NCBI GenBank assembly: GCA_017453465.1
Contig: JAFTEV010000053.1
Span: 11,237-75,236 of the forward strand
Origin: Bacteroidaceae bacterium
GTDB taxonomy: Bacteria > Bacteroidota > Bacteroidia > Bacteroidales > Bacteroidaceae
DNA length: 64,000 nt
Direction of reading: 5' to 3'
This document shows positions 26,443 to 34,649 of this stretch, one piece after another. The number at the start of each line of letters is the position of its first letter. The first letter of the stretch is position 1. The notes under the pieces are model-generated. The model did no database searches, was not told the origin of the DNA, and saw nothing but the letters and a program-made list of their open reading frames with translations. Both the position numbers and the translations under genes were made by a program.

Positions 26443-29406
26443 TTATTTGATGAGTCTATATTTATTAAGGTACGCGCGAGCCTTGCTCAGTGAACTCCAG
26501 TCACTGCTGTAGAGGCCGTCGGCATAAGTCTTGTAGTTGAGTACACCATCAATGCCGTGGATGACGGCTGATGATGAAGATGTTATTGTGTTTCTGTCCA
26601 CGGTGTTGGTCTTGGCTGTGATATAGTCGCGCACGATGATATTCTTGTCGCTGGTGATGTGGCGTGTGTGGCCTGCAAGGTCGCGGACGGTGAGGGTGCC
26701 GCCACCAGCTGACGAAACAGTGAGCTTGTAGTAGGTCTGTGTTTCGCTGTTCATGGTGGCTGTTTCGTAGGCAGTTTCTGCCATGGCTGGTGTGTCGGCA
26801 AAGATGCTGTTGTCCTGGAAGTGGAATTTCACGAAGTTGACGATGGAGGTTGCCATAGCCTTGATTTTGAGGTTGCGTGCATCTTCTTCTTCCTTGGTCA
26901 ACTCTTTTCTGAGTTCCACGTCGATGTCCAGTTCAAGCAGGTCGCGCAGGTCTTGCCATGTGGGGAGTCCGTGGTCGATGGCGTCTTGTATGGCCTCGTT
27001 GGTGGGGACGTAGATGGTGTAACGGTAGTTGTTGAAGAAGCGGACGTTGGTTGCATCTGAAATTTTGTTGCCTGTGGTTGCATCATAGCAGGGCAGACCT
27101 CCATTGTTTTCGAAGATGTTGTACTTCAGCTTTTCCGAGTTGGTAGTGATGCCTATTTCCTGCAGCACTTCTGCATCGGTTTGGCAGAGTTCGTAGAACA
27201 TCTGGAAGTTGGGGTTGTTGTGCAGTGCAGAGAACACAGACTCGATGGTGGGCTGGATGGGAGCCGTGATGGTGTAAGCAAAACCGTTGCCGTAGCCGTT
27301 GGTTTCTTCCGACTGGTCGGCCCACTTTGTTACGCTGACTGTGCCATCGTTTCCCGACAGCTGCCATCCTCCCTTCAGGGTCATGGGGTCGCCTTCGTTG
27401 GCTCGTTTTTCAGCATCTTCCACATAGATGACGGTACCGTTTTTGGCCACGAAGTAGTGCTGGGCACATTCTACGCCAGTCTTGGTTTCGTCGATTCCGG
27501 TAACGCTGCTCTTGTCTTCATGGATGATGGTGTGAGTCTCCAGCATGTCTTTCAGACGGTTGGTAAGGACGGCGTGTGTCACGCTGGCAGTGGGACCAGC
27601 CTGGTCGATGGTACCGGTCTTGGTGGTGGGATCATACTTATAGTTGTAGGCTGTGGCTTTGGGCGCCGAGGTTTTCTCGTCCCAAGTGTAGTTGAAGGCG
27701 CGTCCTACCAGCAGGTTGCCGTCACGACTGGGGCTGTAGAAGGAGAGGGGGTCAATGTACCAGAAGTCGTCGCTGGGCACAAAGAAAGAGAAACGTGAAC
27801 TCATGGCCAGCAGGTAGCGGTTGTAGTTGGTAGGGATACCGTTGTTGATGTCAGCACCTCCCAGTGTGGGGGCTTGGATGGCGTACTTGAAGATTTGCTT
27901 GTCGGTCTCAATGTAGGCAGGTGCGAGGACAGCTGCATATTCGGCTGGCGAGGTGACTTCGTCCATGACGTAGATGAGTCCGTTGTTGGCGAGCAGTACG
28001 GTGTCGATGCGACCCCTGTGGTAGTCGTCGTTCTTGTTGAACATGGCATCCTGGGCAGAGTTCTTGATGGTCTCGAACTTGCTGGGTACGCTGTTGTTGA
28101 ACGATTCCTTCATCAGGTTGTTGAGCAGAGCCTGAATGACACTGCGGGGTATCTTGTCGAGGGCATGATAAACGAGGTCAAAGTCGGTGGTCTGCGGGGT
28201 GATTTGGTCGATGTATTCAGGTGCATAACTCTCGATGAGTGACTTTCCGCCACCGTCGAAGAAGTATTCCATCATCTTCTTGTCGCTGGGACTGAAGATG
28301 ACGGCCATGTCCTGTTCCTTGGTTGTCTTGCTGTCAGACTGGTAGGTATTCCACCCTGGGTCAAACGGCAGTGGCAGGTCGCTTCCCTTGAAGATGACAT
28401 TGCCTGTGGGGTTGTTCTTGGGGTCGGAACCTGCGTCGCTGTAGAGCGTGTTGTTGCCCTGTGAACGAGTAGAGAAATAGCGTTTCTGGAAGACGGAGTC
28501 AATCTTTTCTCCGTAGAGGTCCTTGGCTCGCTGTGTGAGTGTAGCGTCGTAGATGGGCACAGAGAAGCGGTCGATGAGGTGGGAGAAGATTTTGGTCTTT
28601 CCGCTTGTTCTGAGCACTTCTGCCATATTCTGCGGATTGATAAGCACTTGCTCCAACTTGTTGATGTAACCATTTTGGCAGGTGATGTCTTGTTCTATCA
28701 CCTTGTTGCCATAGATGTGTGCATCATTTTCGCTGCGTGTCTGGCCTGTGATGGTCTGGAAGTCGGCTGTAGTAATGGCGTTGTTAGCCATTTGTGCCGT
28801 GAGGAAATGGGTTATCATCGGTGTGGTTCCGTCGAGGACGAGGTAGATGCCTTTGTCGCGGAAACGGTCCCAGTAGTGGATTTCATCAGGGTTGTAGTTG
28901 ACGGGCAAGTCCTCCCCCTTGAGGAAGGGGATGGAGTCGGTGATGTCGGAGGCTGTTTCGCGTCGCAGGTTGAGGCCTTTTTCTGGCAGGTCGTTAGTTC
29001 CGCTGCCTGCTTCCTTGCTCGACATCATTTCCAGCAGGTAGGCATTGTTAATCATGGCAGAGTTGAGCAGGAGCTTCTTCTGCGACTGTGTCAGGTCGCC
29101 GTAGCTGCGTGCTCCCCAGGGGTTGTTCTGGAAGAAGGCGTTGAAGGCTGCATCGTCGGCCACGAAGAGTGTCTTCGAGCCTGTGCGGGCCAGTACCTCC
29201 TTGTAGTTGAGGTCGTCAATGAGCTTGACGAAATTGGTGTAGGTACCTTGCTCTTCAAGATAGTCATAGACGCTCGACCCAAGCCAGGAGGGTGTTTCGT
29301 CGTCCAGCTTGTAGTCGTCACGACATGAGTAAATTGCTCCGCAGAGGGAGGCGGCAAGGAGTGCCGTGGTGGCATTCTTCCCAAATTTACTAAGACGTTT
29401 GTTCAT
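26443..29406 (-). CDS. Large multi-FAS1 (fasciclin) domain lipoprotein
   Basis: Lipobox SLCGAIYSC-RDD. FAS1 motifs TLFVADDAAFNAFF, NGYINKLEQVLINP, YTIYVPTNEAIQDAI and VIHGIDGVLNY. Confidence 0.8.
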   Translation of the reverse strand: MNKRLSKFGKNATTALLAASLCGAIYSCRDDYKLDDETPSWLGSSVYDYLEEQGTYTNFVKLIDDLNYKEVLARTGSKTLFVADDAAFNAFFQNNPWGARSYGDLTQSQKKLLLNSAMINNAYLLEMMSSKEAGSGTNDLPEKGLNLRRETASDITDSIPFLKGEDLPVNYNPDEIHYWDRFRDKGIYLVLDGTTPMITHFLTAQMANNAITTADFQTITGQTRSENDAHIYGNKVIEQDITCQNGYINKLEQVLINPQNMAEVLRTSGKTKIFSHLIDRFSVPIYDATLTQRAKDLYGEKIDSVFQKRYFSTRSQGNNTLYSDAGSDPKNNPTGNVIFKGSDLPLPFDPGWNTYQSDSKTTKEQDMAVIFSPSDKKMMEYFFDGGGKSLIESYAPEYIDQITPQTTDFDLVYHALDKIPRSVIQALLNNLMKESFNNSVPSKFETIKNSAQDAMFNKNDDYHRGRIDTVLLANNGLIYVMDEVTSPAEYAAVLAPAYIETDKQIFKYAIQAPTLGGADINNGIPTNYNRYLLAMSSRFSFFVPSDDFWYIDPLSFYSPSRDGNLLVGRAFNYTWDEKTSAPKATAYNYKYDPTTKTGTIDQAGPTASVTHAVLTNRLKDMLETHTIIHEDKSSVTGIDETKTGVECAQHYFVAKNGTVIYVEDAEKRANEGDPMTLKGGWQLSGNDGTVSVTKWADQSEETNGYGNGFAYTITAPIQPTIESVFSALHNNPNFQMFYELCQTDAEVLQEIGITTNSEKLKYNIFENNGGLPCYDATTGNKISDATNVRFFNNYRYTIYVPTNEAIQDAIDHGLPTWQDLRDLLELDIDVELRKELTKEEEDARNLKIKAMATSIVNFVKFHFQDNSIFADTPAMAETAYETATMNSETQTYYKLTVSSAGGGTLTVRDLAGHTRHITSDKNIIVRDYITAKTNTVDRNTITSSSSAVIHGIDGVLNYKTYADGLYSSDWSSLSKARAYLNKYRLIK

Positions 29407-29488
29407 AGAAAGGTTATTGTTTTTTGTTAGTTTTACCGTATTAAGGGTGTTTCGTTATGGTAAAGATGCGATTTAACGGTTTAACGCG

Positions 29489-29496
29489 CAAATTTA
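29489..29496 (-). promoter_or_regulatory. Bacteroidota -7 box (TAAATTTG) upstream of the PUL
   Basis: Minus strand reads TAAATTTG, 83 nt upstream of ATG 29406. A second box, TATCTTTG, lies ~25 nt further upstream. Confidence 0.45.
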
Positions 29497-29592
29497 ATTA
29501 TTTTATCATAAACAAAGATAAAGAAAAGGCGTTTTTTTGTGTTCTTTCCTTAATTATTCTGCTTTTTGGTAAAGATTAGTTTGTTTTTGTGC

Positions 29593-29638
29593 AAAAGAAA
29601 AGGCACTCTCCCCTGTGTTTCGAGTAGGGGAGAATGCC
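29593..29638 (-). terminator. Rho-independent terminator after the GH gene
   Basis: Minus strand reads GGCATTCTCCCCT-loop-AGGGGAGAGTGCC (13 bp, one G-U) followed by TTTTCTTTT. Confidence 0.8.
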
Positions 29639-29660
29639 TTTGCTGTTTAGGGTTGAGAGT

Positions 29661-32552
29661 TTAGCGTTGCGAGAGGTAGCGGTCGATGAGCTGCGTGATG
29701 TCCTCGATGGTGACGGGGAAGTCGGGGTCATTGTCGAGGTAGCGGTCGATGAGTCGGGCTATGTCCTCGACGGTGATGGTTGGTTCTACTTCCTCATGGT
29801 CGCAGAGTTCGTAGGCTGTTTCTTCAAGGGTGTCTTCGACGTAAGTGGTTTTGCCTTCACCTACAACGACGTAGCCCAGCATGTCACTGTTGGCCAAGGT
29901 GTTCTTCTTTGTGGTGGTCGAGGTACCATCTACCTGTCGCTTGATGTTGACGGCATAGACTTCCTTGTAGTGGCCAGAAGTCTTGTCTATGATAGTCTTT
30001 TCCGAAGCCTTTCGCAGGATGGCCGCTGCGGGGTAGTTGTTGGTCTGGCAGCGGGCAAACACTTTTGGTGACTTGAAGCTGAGGGTGTCGCCTCCCAGGA
30101 TGAAGGTGCAGGACTTGTAGGTTGTGCCGTACACCTTGTTTTCACCTGTGCCAGCCAGGATGTCGGTGTTGGCAATGGCTGTGCGGTAGGTGTTCTGGAG
30201 GGTATAGACCACGGAGTCTGTCTCTTCGTTAAGCGGATAGCGAGTGATGCTGGTGGTGTCGGTAGCGATGAGTTCACGGCTGTCGGTGGGTTCGCTCAGC
30301 ACGGTGCCTCGGCCTGGTGTGATGGCCATGTAGCAGACGGTCTGGTTCACCTTGCTCTTGGTGCCGATGGCTTCTTCATACTGTGCAATCATCTTGAAGC
30401 CTGTAGATGTCACGTCCCAAATGTGGATAGAGATAGGGTTGGTCTTGAGCGTAGGCTTGCGCAGTTCCACCAGCACAATGGGGGTGACGCTGTCGGGGAA
30501 GGGTTGATTGAAGCTGACGGTCGTGGTATCTACCATGTTGGCCTTGGCCGTGCCCACCTCGCAGTCCAGTTCGCCATACTTGTAGTTGCCTTGCTTGACG
30601 GCCATGAATGCGATGTCCTCGTTCTTCTCCAGTGTGGTGATGGAGTTCGACTGCTTCGTCCAGGGCAGTATCTGGTAGCTGAACTTGGTTCTGGAGAGTT
30701 CGGTGTTCAAGTTGCCGGGGTAGAGCTTGGCGTTGTTGTTGGTGCAGACTCCCATGAAGATGGTGGGTATTTCGCTGAAACTTTCAGAGAAGTCCACGTT
30801 GATAGGGTCGAGGTTGGTGACGGTGAGTTTGCCGTACTGGAATGTGTCGCTGCCTTGTGCCGACCCCAGGGTGATAGCCGTTTCGTTGCTGTAGCGTGTC
30901 TTGCCGTCGGAGTCGTGGTTGGCAATGCGGTAGTACACCACACCAGAATAGGACGAGAGGTCATCATAATTATAGGTAGGTGTACTGCTTTGCACCATGC
31001 CGAGGTTCTTGATGGTTTCCCAGACATTATCTTCGTCCACGATTTTGCGTTCCACACACACCGAGTCCGTTTGCTTGCCGTTGAGGTGTGTCCAGTTGAG
31101 CGTGGCCCGCTTGGTGTTCTTGGCGTAAGTCAGGTTGAGATCTGAAGGTGCCCAATACGTCCAGCCCATGGTGTATTCGTTGGCATCGCTGTAAGCAGAC
31201 TTCGAGGCAAGTGCACCATACCACTGTCCTGCCTTGGTGAGTTCACCGTTAAGCACGATGGTACGGCAGTCCTGCACCCAGTTGTAGATGGCATAGCGTT
31301 CTACGTGGGGGTGAGCCTCCAGGTTGCCCACAATGTCCTTGATGGCATTCAGCTCGATGGTCTGGTTGGCATCCGAACCGTCTGTGCTGCTGCCTGGCCA
31401 TGAAGTCCAGTTGGCGCCGTAGTTCCACTCGGTAATCCAGATGGGTCGCTTGTACTTGTTGTAGGTCTGGTCCATTTGCCAGTAGTAGTTGCCGCCGTTG
31501 TTGAGCCAGTAGCAGTGGTCGGCAATGAAGTCGATGCGGCAGTTATACTTTTCGCAGAGGCTGATGAAGGTGGAGAGCCATGAGCCGCGTGCGTCGCCCG
31601 ACATGGCAGGTGAACCCACTCTGAGTCCTCCGCCGTAGGCTCCGTTTTGCCAAGTGCCGTTAACACCGAAGAGACGCTCTTCGATTTCATCTACTGTAAT
31701 ATACTGTTCGCGTGCGTCGCCAGAGTTGTCAGGCTCGTTGTTGCCCAGCACGGTGTTGCAGGCAGAGAGTGAGTTGATGCCGCTCCACGAGGGCCATCCT
31801 TCGTGGTGGTGCTGGGGAATGTATTCCACCTGTTCGTCGTGCCATCCGCCTCCGTCCCATCCGTATCGCCACGTGATGTTGAGTGCATCCTGCTGTCCTG
31901 GGGCACCAGCCGTACCCTTCTTGGTGACATTGCGCCAGGGGAACACACGGATAAAGCCTTCACGTCCCGCAATGTATTTGCCGTAGCTCACGGTGGTGAA
32001 GTCCACCTCCAAGTCGTGGTCTTGTGCCACGAACACCTTGCTCCAGCCTTGTCCGTTGTTGTTGGTGGCAATAGTAGCCATGTAACCACGCTTCAGGCGG
32101 AACGACTTGAAGTTATTTACCCAGCCGCCTGTGGTATATTTTACGTAGGGAGTGAAGCCATTGTAGCTTTCGCCCCCGTAGTTCGCTTCGGTATAGACGG
32201 TGAGGGGCTTGAACCCCGTCTCGGTGTGTGGATAGACGATGGCTCCGTTCTGGTAGATTTCCAGCCAGCAGTTTGTACCATTCTGTGCCGGTGAGCCGTT
32301 GATGGTGATGTTGTCGAGATAGGCTTTGGCCTTCGAGGGTTTCAGGGCCGAGAAGATGACCGTAGCATCTTCGTCCTGAATGTCGATGGAGCCAGTCGTG
32401 GCAAAGGGGGTAGTGCCTGTGATGGTGTAGTCCACAGGACTGGTCAGGCTGATGCCGTCGGTGCACTGGGCCACGGTGACGGTCTCGTTGTCTGCTGTAG
32501 CTGTGAGGCTGAAGGCCAGCAGCAGGGCGATGGGGGTAAGGGACTTTTTCAT
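29661..32552 (-). CDS. Secreted glycoside hydrolase with a clan GH-A 'catalytic core' (PF11790/GH128-like) module and a C-terminal double dockerin-like helix pair
   Basis: Signal peptide MKKSLTPIALLLAFSLTATA. Catalytic-core motifs VLGNNEPD and RPIWITEWNYG. C-terminus TITVEDIARLIDRYLDNDPDFPVTIEDITQLIDRYL. The family assignment comes from remembered motifs only. Confidence 0.65.
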   Translation of the reverse strand: MKKSLTPIALLLAFSLTATADNETVTVAQCTDGISLTSPVDYTITGTTPFATTGSIDIQDEDATVIFSALKPSKAKAYLDNITINGSPAQNGTNCWLEIYQNGAIVYPHTETGFKPLTVYTEANYGGESYNGFTPYVKYTTGGWVNNFKSFRLKRGYMATIATNNNGQGWSKVFVAQDHDLEVDFTTVSYGKYIAGREGFIRVFPWRNVTKKGTAGAPGQQDALNITWRYGWDGGGWHDEQVEYIPQHHHEGWPSWSGINSLSACNTVLGNNEPDNSGDAREQYITVDEIEERLFGVNGTWQNGAYGGGLRVGSPAMSGDARGSWLSTFISLCEKYNCRIDFIADHCYWLNNGGNYYWQMDQTYNKYKRPIWITEWNYGANWTSWPGSSTDGSDANQTIELNAIKDIVGNLEAHPHVERYAIYNWVQDCRTIVLNGELTKAGQWYGALASKSAYSDANEYTMGWTYWAPSDLNLTYAKNTKRATLNWTHLNGKQTDSVCVERKIVDEDNVWETIKNLGMVQSSTPTYNYDDLSSYSGVVYYRIANHDSDGKTRYSNETAITLGSAQGSDTFQYGKLTVTNLDPINVDFSESFSEIPTIFMGVCTNNNAKLYPGNLNTELSRTKFSYQILPWTKQSNSITTLEKNEDIAFMAVKQGNYKYGELDCEVGTAKANMVDTTTVSFNQPFPDSVTPIVLVELRKPTLKTNPISIHIWDVTSTGFKMIAQYEEAIGTKSKVNQTVCYMAITPGRGTVLSEPTDSRELIATDTTSITRYPLNEETDSVVYTLQNTYRTAIANTDILAGTGENKVYGTTYKSCTFILGGDTLSFKSPKVFARCQTNNYPAAAILRKASEKTIIDKTSGHYKEVYAVNIKRQVDGTSTTTKKNTLANSDMLGYVVVGEGKTTYVEDTLEETAYELCDHEEVEPTITVEDIARLIDRYLDNDPDFPVTIEDITQLIDRYLSQR

Positions 32553-32584
32553 CTCTAATTTGACAATTTACAATTTGACAATTT

Positions 32585-32695
32585 GGGGAGGAAGTTAAAG
32601 GGAGATAGAGGGAGATAAAGGGAGATAGAAGACGATACTAAATTTTGTAACGTCCTTTATCTCCTTCTATCTTCTTCTAACTCCTTCTATCTTCC
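32585..32695. repeat. Word-built imperfect palindrome between the M64 peptidase and GH genes
   Basis: The left arm has GGGAGATAGA/GGGAGATAAA words and the right arm has CCTTTATCTCC/TTCTATCTTC words. The loop is ATACTAAATTTTGTAA. It is flanked by tandem AATTTGACA-type (32555-32584) and ATTTCGTA-type (32709-32745) 8-9-mers. Confidence 0.7.
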
Positions 32696-32736
32696 ATTTC
32701 AATCTTTTTGTATTTCGTATTTCGTAATTCGTAATT

Positions 32737-34194
32737 CTATTTCGCTGTATAAAACTCTGTAATCCGTCGGATGGCGCGTGTGCAGACGGGACAGAAGTCA
32801 AGCACTTCGTTTATTTTCATCCGACACTCTTGGGCAGGGCGGTAGCAGCCCTTGCTCTGGTAGCCTGCCCCCTCGAAGACACCTACCTTCTGGGTACAGG
32901 CGTTGAGCAGGGCCATGGCCTTGGTGTCATCCTTCTGGATAGTCTTGAAGTCCGGCACGCGAGGGTCCAGCGGGGTGGGGATAGGCTGACCTTTGGGCAT
33001 GAGATCCTGCCACTTCGAGGCAAAGTCGTGCAGCGTGGTGACGTTAGGCTCCCAAGGCTCCGTGTCGGCAGGATACCACTCCGTATCCATGTCGTCGTAG
33101 GCATATTCATCGGCCAGCCCCGCATAGCTGTGTCCAAACTCATGAACAAACACCTGCTTGAAAGTGGGGTGGTCGCTCGTGGAGAAGGTGACCTGATTGT
33201 AGATGCCGCCGCCGCCGTATGTGTCGCTGTTGACCAGCACCATGATGTGCTCGAAAGGCACACCAGAGAGCGCATCGTAAATGCGGTGCATATTTTGTGA
33301 CATCAGGTAACGCTGGGAGTAGAACGTATCGTAATGACAGCTCGTCACGCCCCGTCGCCACACTCCCTTGTGGGGCACACTCGGTCCCGCTTCGGGTGAA
33401 GGCGCAGCCACGGCCACCACGTTGAAGCGGTCTTTCAGGCTGGCAAAAGGCTCCCGCTCAAACAGTGCGTCGGCAGCTCGCCGAGCATCCGCATAAAACT
33501 TACCCATCTGCTGCTCCGTATATCCCTCAGCAAGGATGGCCAAATCCACATTGCTGGTGATGTCAACACCCGCCAGCGGGTCGTAGGGAGTGGCCGTGTA
33601 GTCACGGTCTTTGTTGAGCGTTGAGGGTTTAGAGTTGAGAGAAGCTACAGTAGAATCTCTCAACGCTAAACTCTCAACTCTAAACGCTCCTTTATGTATA
33701 TAATAATAAGGTATGCCATTCTCGCCGATGGGCTGAATCAGGATGTCGGCAGGGTCCACGGTGTGGCACATCTGGCAAACCGTGTGCTGATGCTTGTCGG
33801 TCAGCGTCACCGTCACCGTGACAGGGCGTTTGGGGAAAGGCACATTGTAGGAACACTGGAAAGCCCGCTGCACGTGCTGCGCCTCCTGGTCCAGCTGCCA
33901 TTCCTGAAACAGCGTGCTGAACGTCGTGGTGTAGAGCCTCTGCCCCGTCAGCTTGTCAGCGACGACGAGTTGCCCGTTGCCACGGAGCGGCGACTCCGTG
34001 AGCCGAGCCTTGCGTCCAGCCCATCGCGGCTGCTTGTAGAGCTGTTCCAGATAGATTTCCTGCCTTGTGGCATCTCCCGCAAAGATGTAGTCGATGCGCA
34101 ACGTGTTGTCCTCAAACCAAGCGTCGAAATCCTGCGCTGAGAGGCTCAGTCCAAGCAGGAACAGAAGATGCAGGAAGAAGAATCGGAGTTTCAT
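32737..34194 (-). CDS. M64-family (IgA-peptidase-like) zinc metallopeptidase
   Basis: The start was moved to ATG 34194 (MKLRFFFLHLLFLLGLSLSAQ signal peptide), 31 nt downstream of a -7 box. Zinc motif VHEFGHSYAGLADEY. Its N-terminal domain resembles Peptidase_M64_N. Confidence 0.8.
   Translation of the reverse strand: MKLRFFFLHLLFLLGLSLSAQDFDAWFEDNTLRIDYIFAGDATRQEIYLEQLYKQPRWAGRKARLTESPLRGNGQLVVADKLTGQRLYTTTFSTLFQEWQLDQEAQHVQRAFQCSYNVPFPKRPVTVTVTLTDKHQHTVCQMCHTVDPADILIQPIGENGIPYYYIHKGAFRVESLALRDSTVASLNSKPSTLNKDRDYTATPYDPLAGVDITSNVDLAILAEGYTEQQMGKFYADARRAADALFEREPFASLKDRFNVVAVAAPSPEAGPSVPHKGVWRRGVTSCHYDTFYSQRYLMSQNMHRIYDALSGVPFEHIMVLVNSDTYGGGGIYNQVTFSTSDHPTFKQVFVHEFGHSYAGLADEYAYDDMDTEWYPADTEPWEPNVTTLHDFASKWQDLMPKGQPIPTPLDPRVPDFKTIQKDDTKAMALLNACTQKVGVFEGAGYQSKGCYRPAQECRMKINEVLDFCPVCTRAIRRITEFYTAK
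33612..33690. repeat. Imperfect palindrome embedded in frame in the M64 peptidase CDS
   Basis: TTTAGAGTTGAGAGA-13-nt loop-TCTCTCAACGCTAAA forms a 15-bp stem with one mismatch, with extended imperfect arms. It is translated as AFRVESLALRDSTVASLNSKPSTLN. The right arm is 28/30 identical to the reverse complement of 29646-29675. Confidence 0.8.
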
Positions 34195-34224
34195 GTAGGT
34201 TAGCGTGTTAGTCTTTTTCTGCTG

Positions 34225-34232
34225 CAAAAGTA
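34225..34232 (-). promoter_or_regulatory. Bacteroidota -7 box (TACTTTTG) for the M64 peptidase gene
   Basis: Minus strand reads TACTTTTGCAGC, 31 nt upstream of ATG 34194. Confidence 0.5.
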
Positions 34233-34451
34233 CGAAAAAACTCTTGTCGCACAAAACGATTGTGTGTTTTTTTTGTTTCGCTTCCTTGTTTTATGGGTGT
34301 TGGTGGGAAAAGTTGATATGGACGCATGTTAAATTGTGTTTATTTTGGCAGAAAAGCCTTCTTTTTTTTGACTAAACAGCGTGTTATACCGTTTTTGTAA
34401 GTACAACAGAAACAAACAGAGAGCGTTATGTGCAGAATGTTTCGGAGTCGT

Positions 34452-34525
34452 GTAGGCAATGCGTCGCTGCGGCGTAGGCAATTGTTTGAGTTTAATTGCC
34501 TACGTGAGCGAGCAGCATTGCCTAC
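34452..34525. repeat. Phased GTAGGCAAT/ATTGCCTAC array, copy 2
   Basis: GTAGGCAAT at 34452 and 34474, ATTGCCTAC at 34495 and 34517. Spacing is 22 bp and the central gap is 12 nt, identical geometry to copy 1. Confidence 0.8.
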
Positions 34526-34649
34526 TCGGTTTAGAAAAGTTTTAAGCTATTTCATGTTTTGCTGATAGAATTTAGTTGTTTTGTACCTCTTTCAGCATAA
34601 ACAAGTAACAAAAAGTTTAACCCTCAAAAAAACAAAACGCACGAACATT

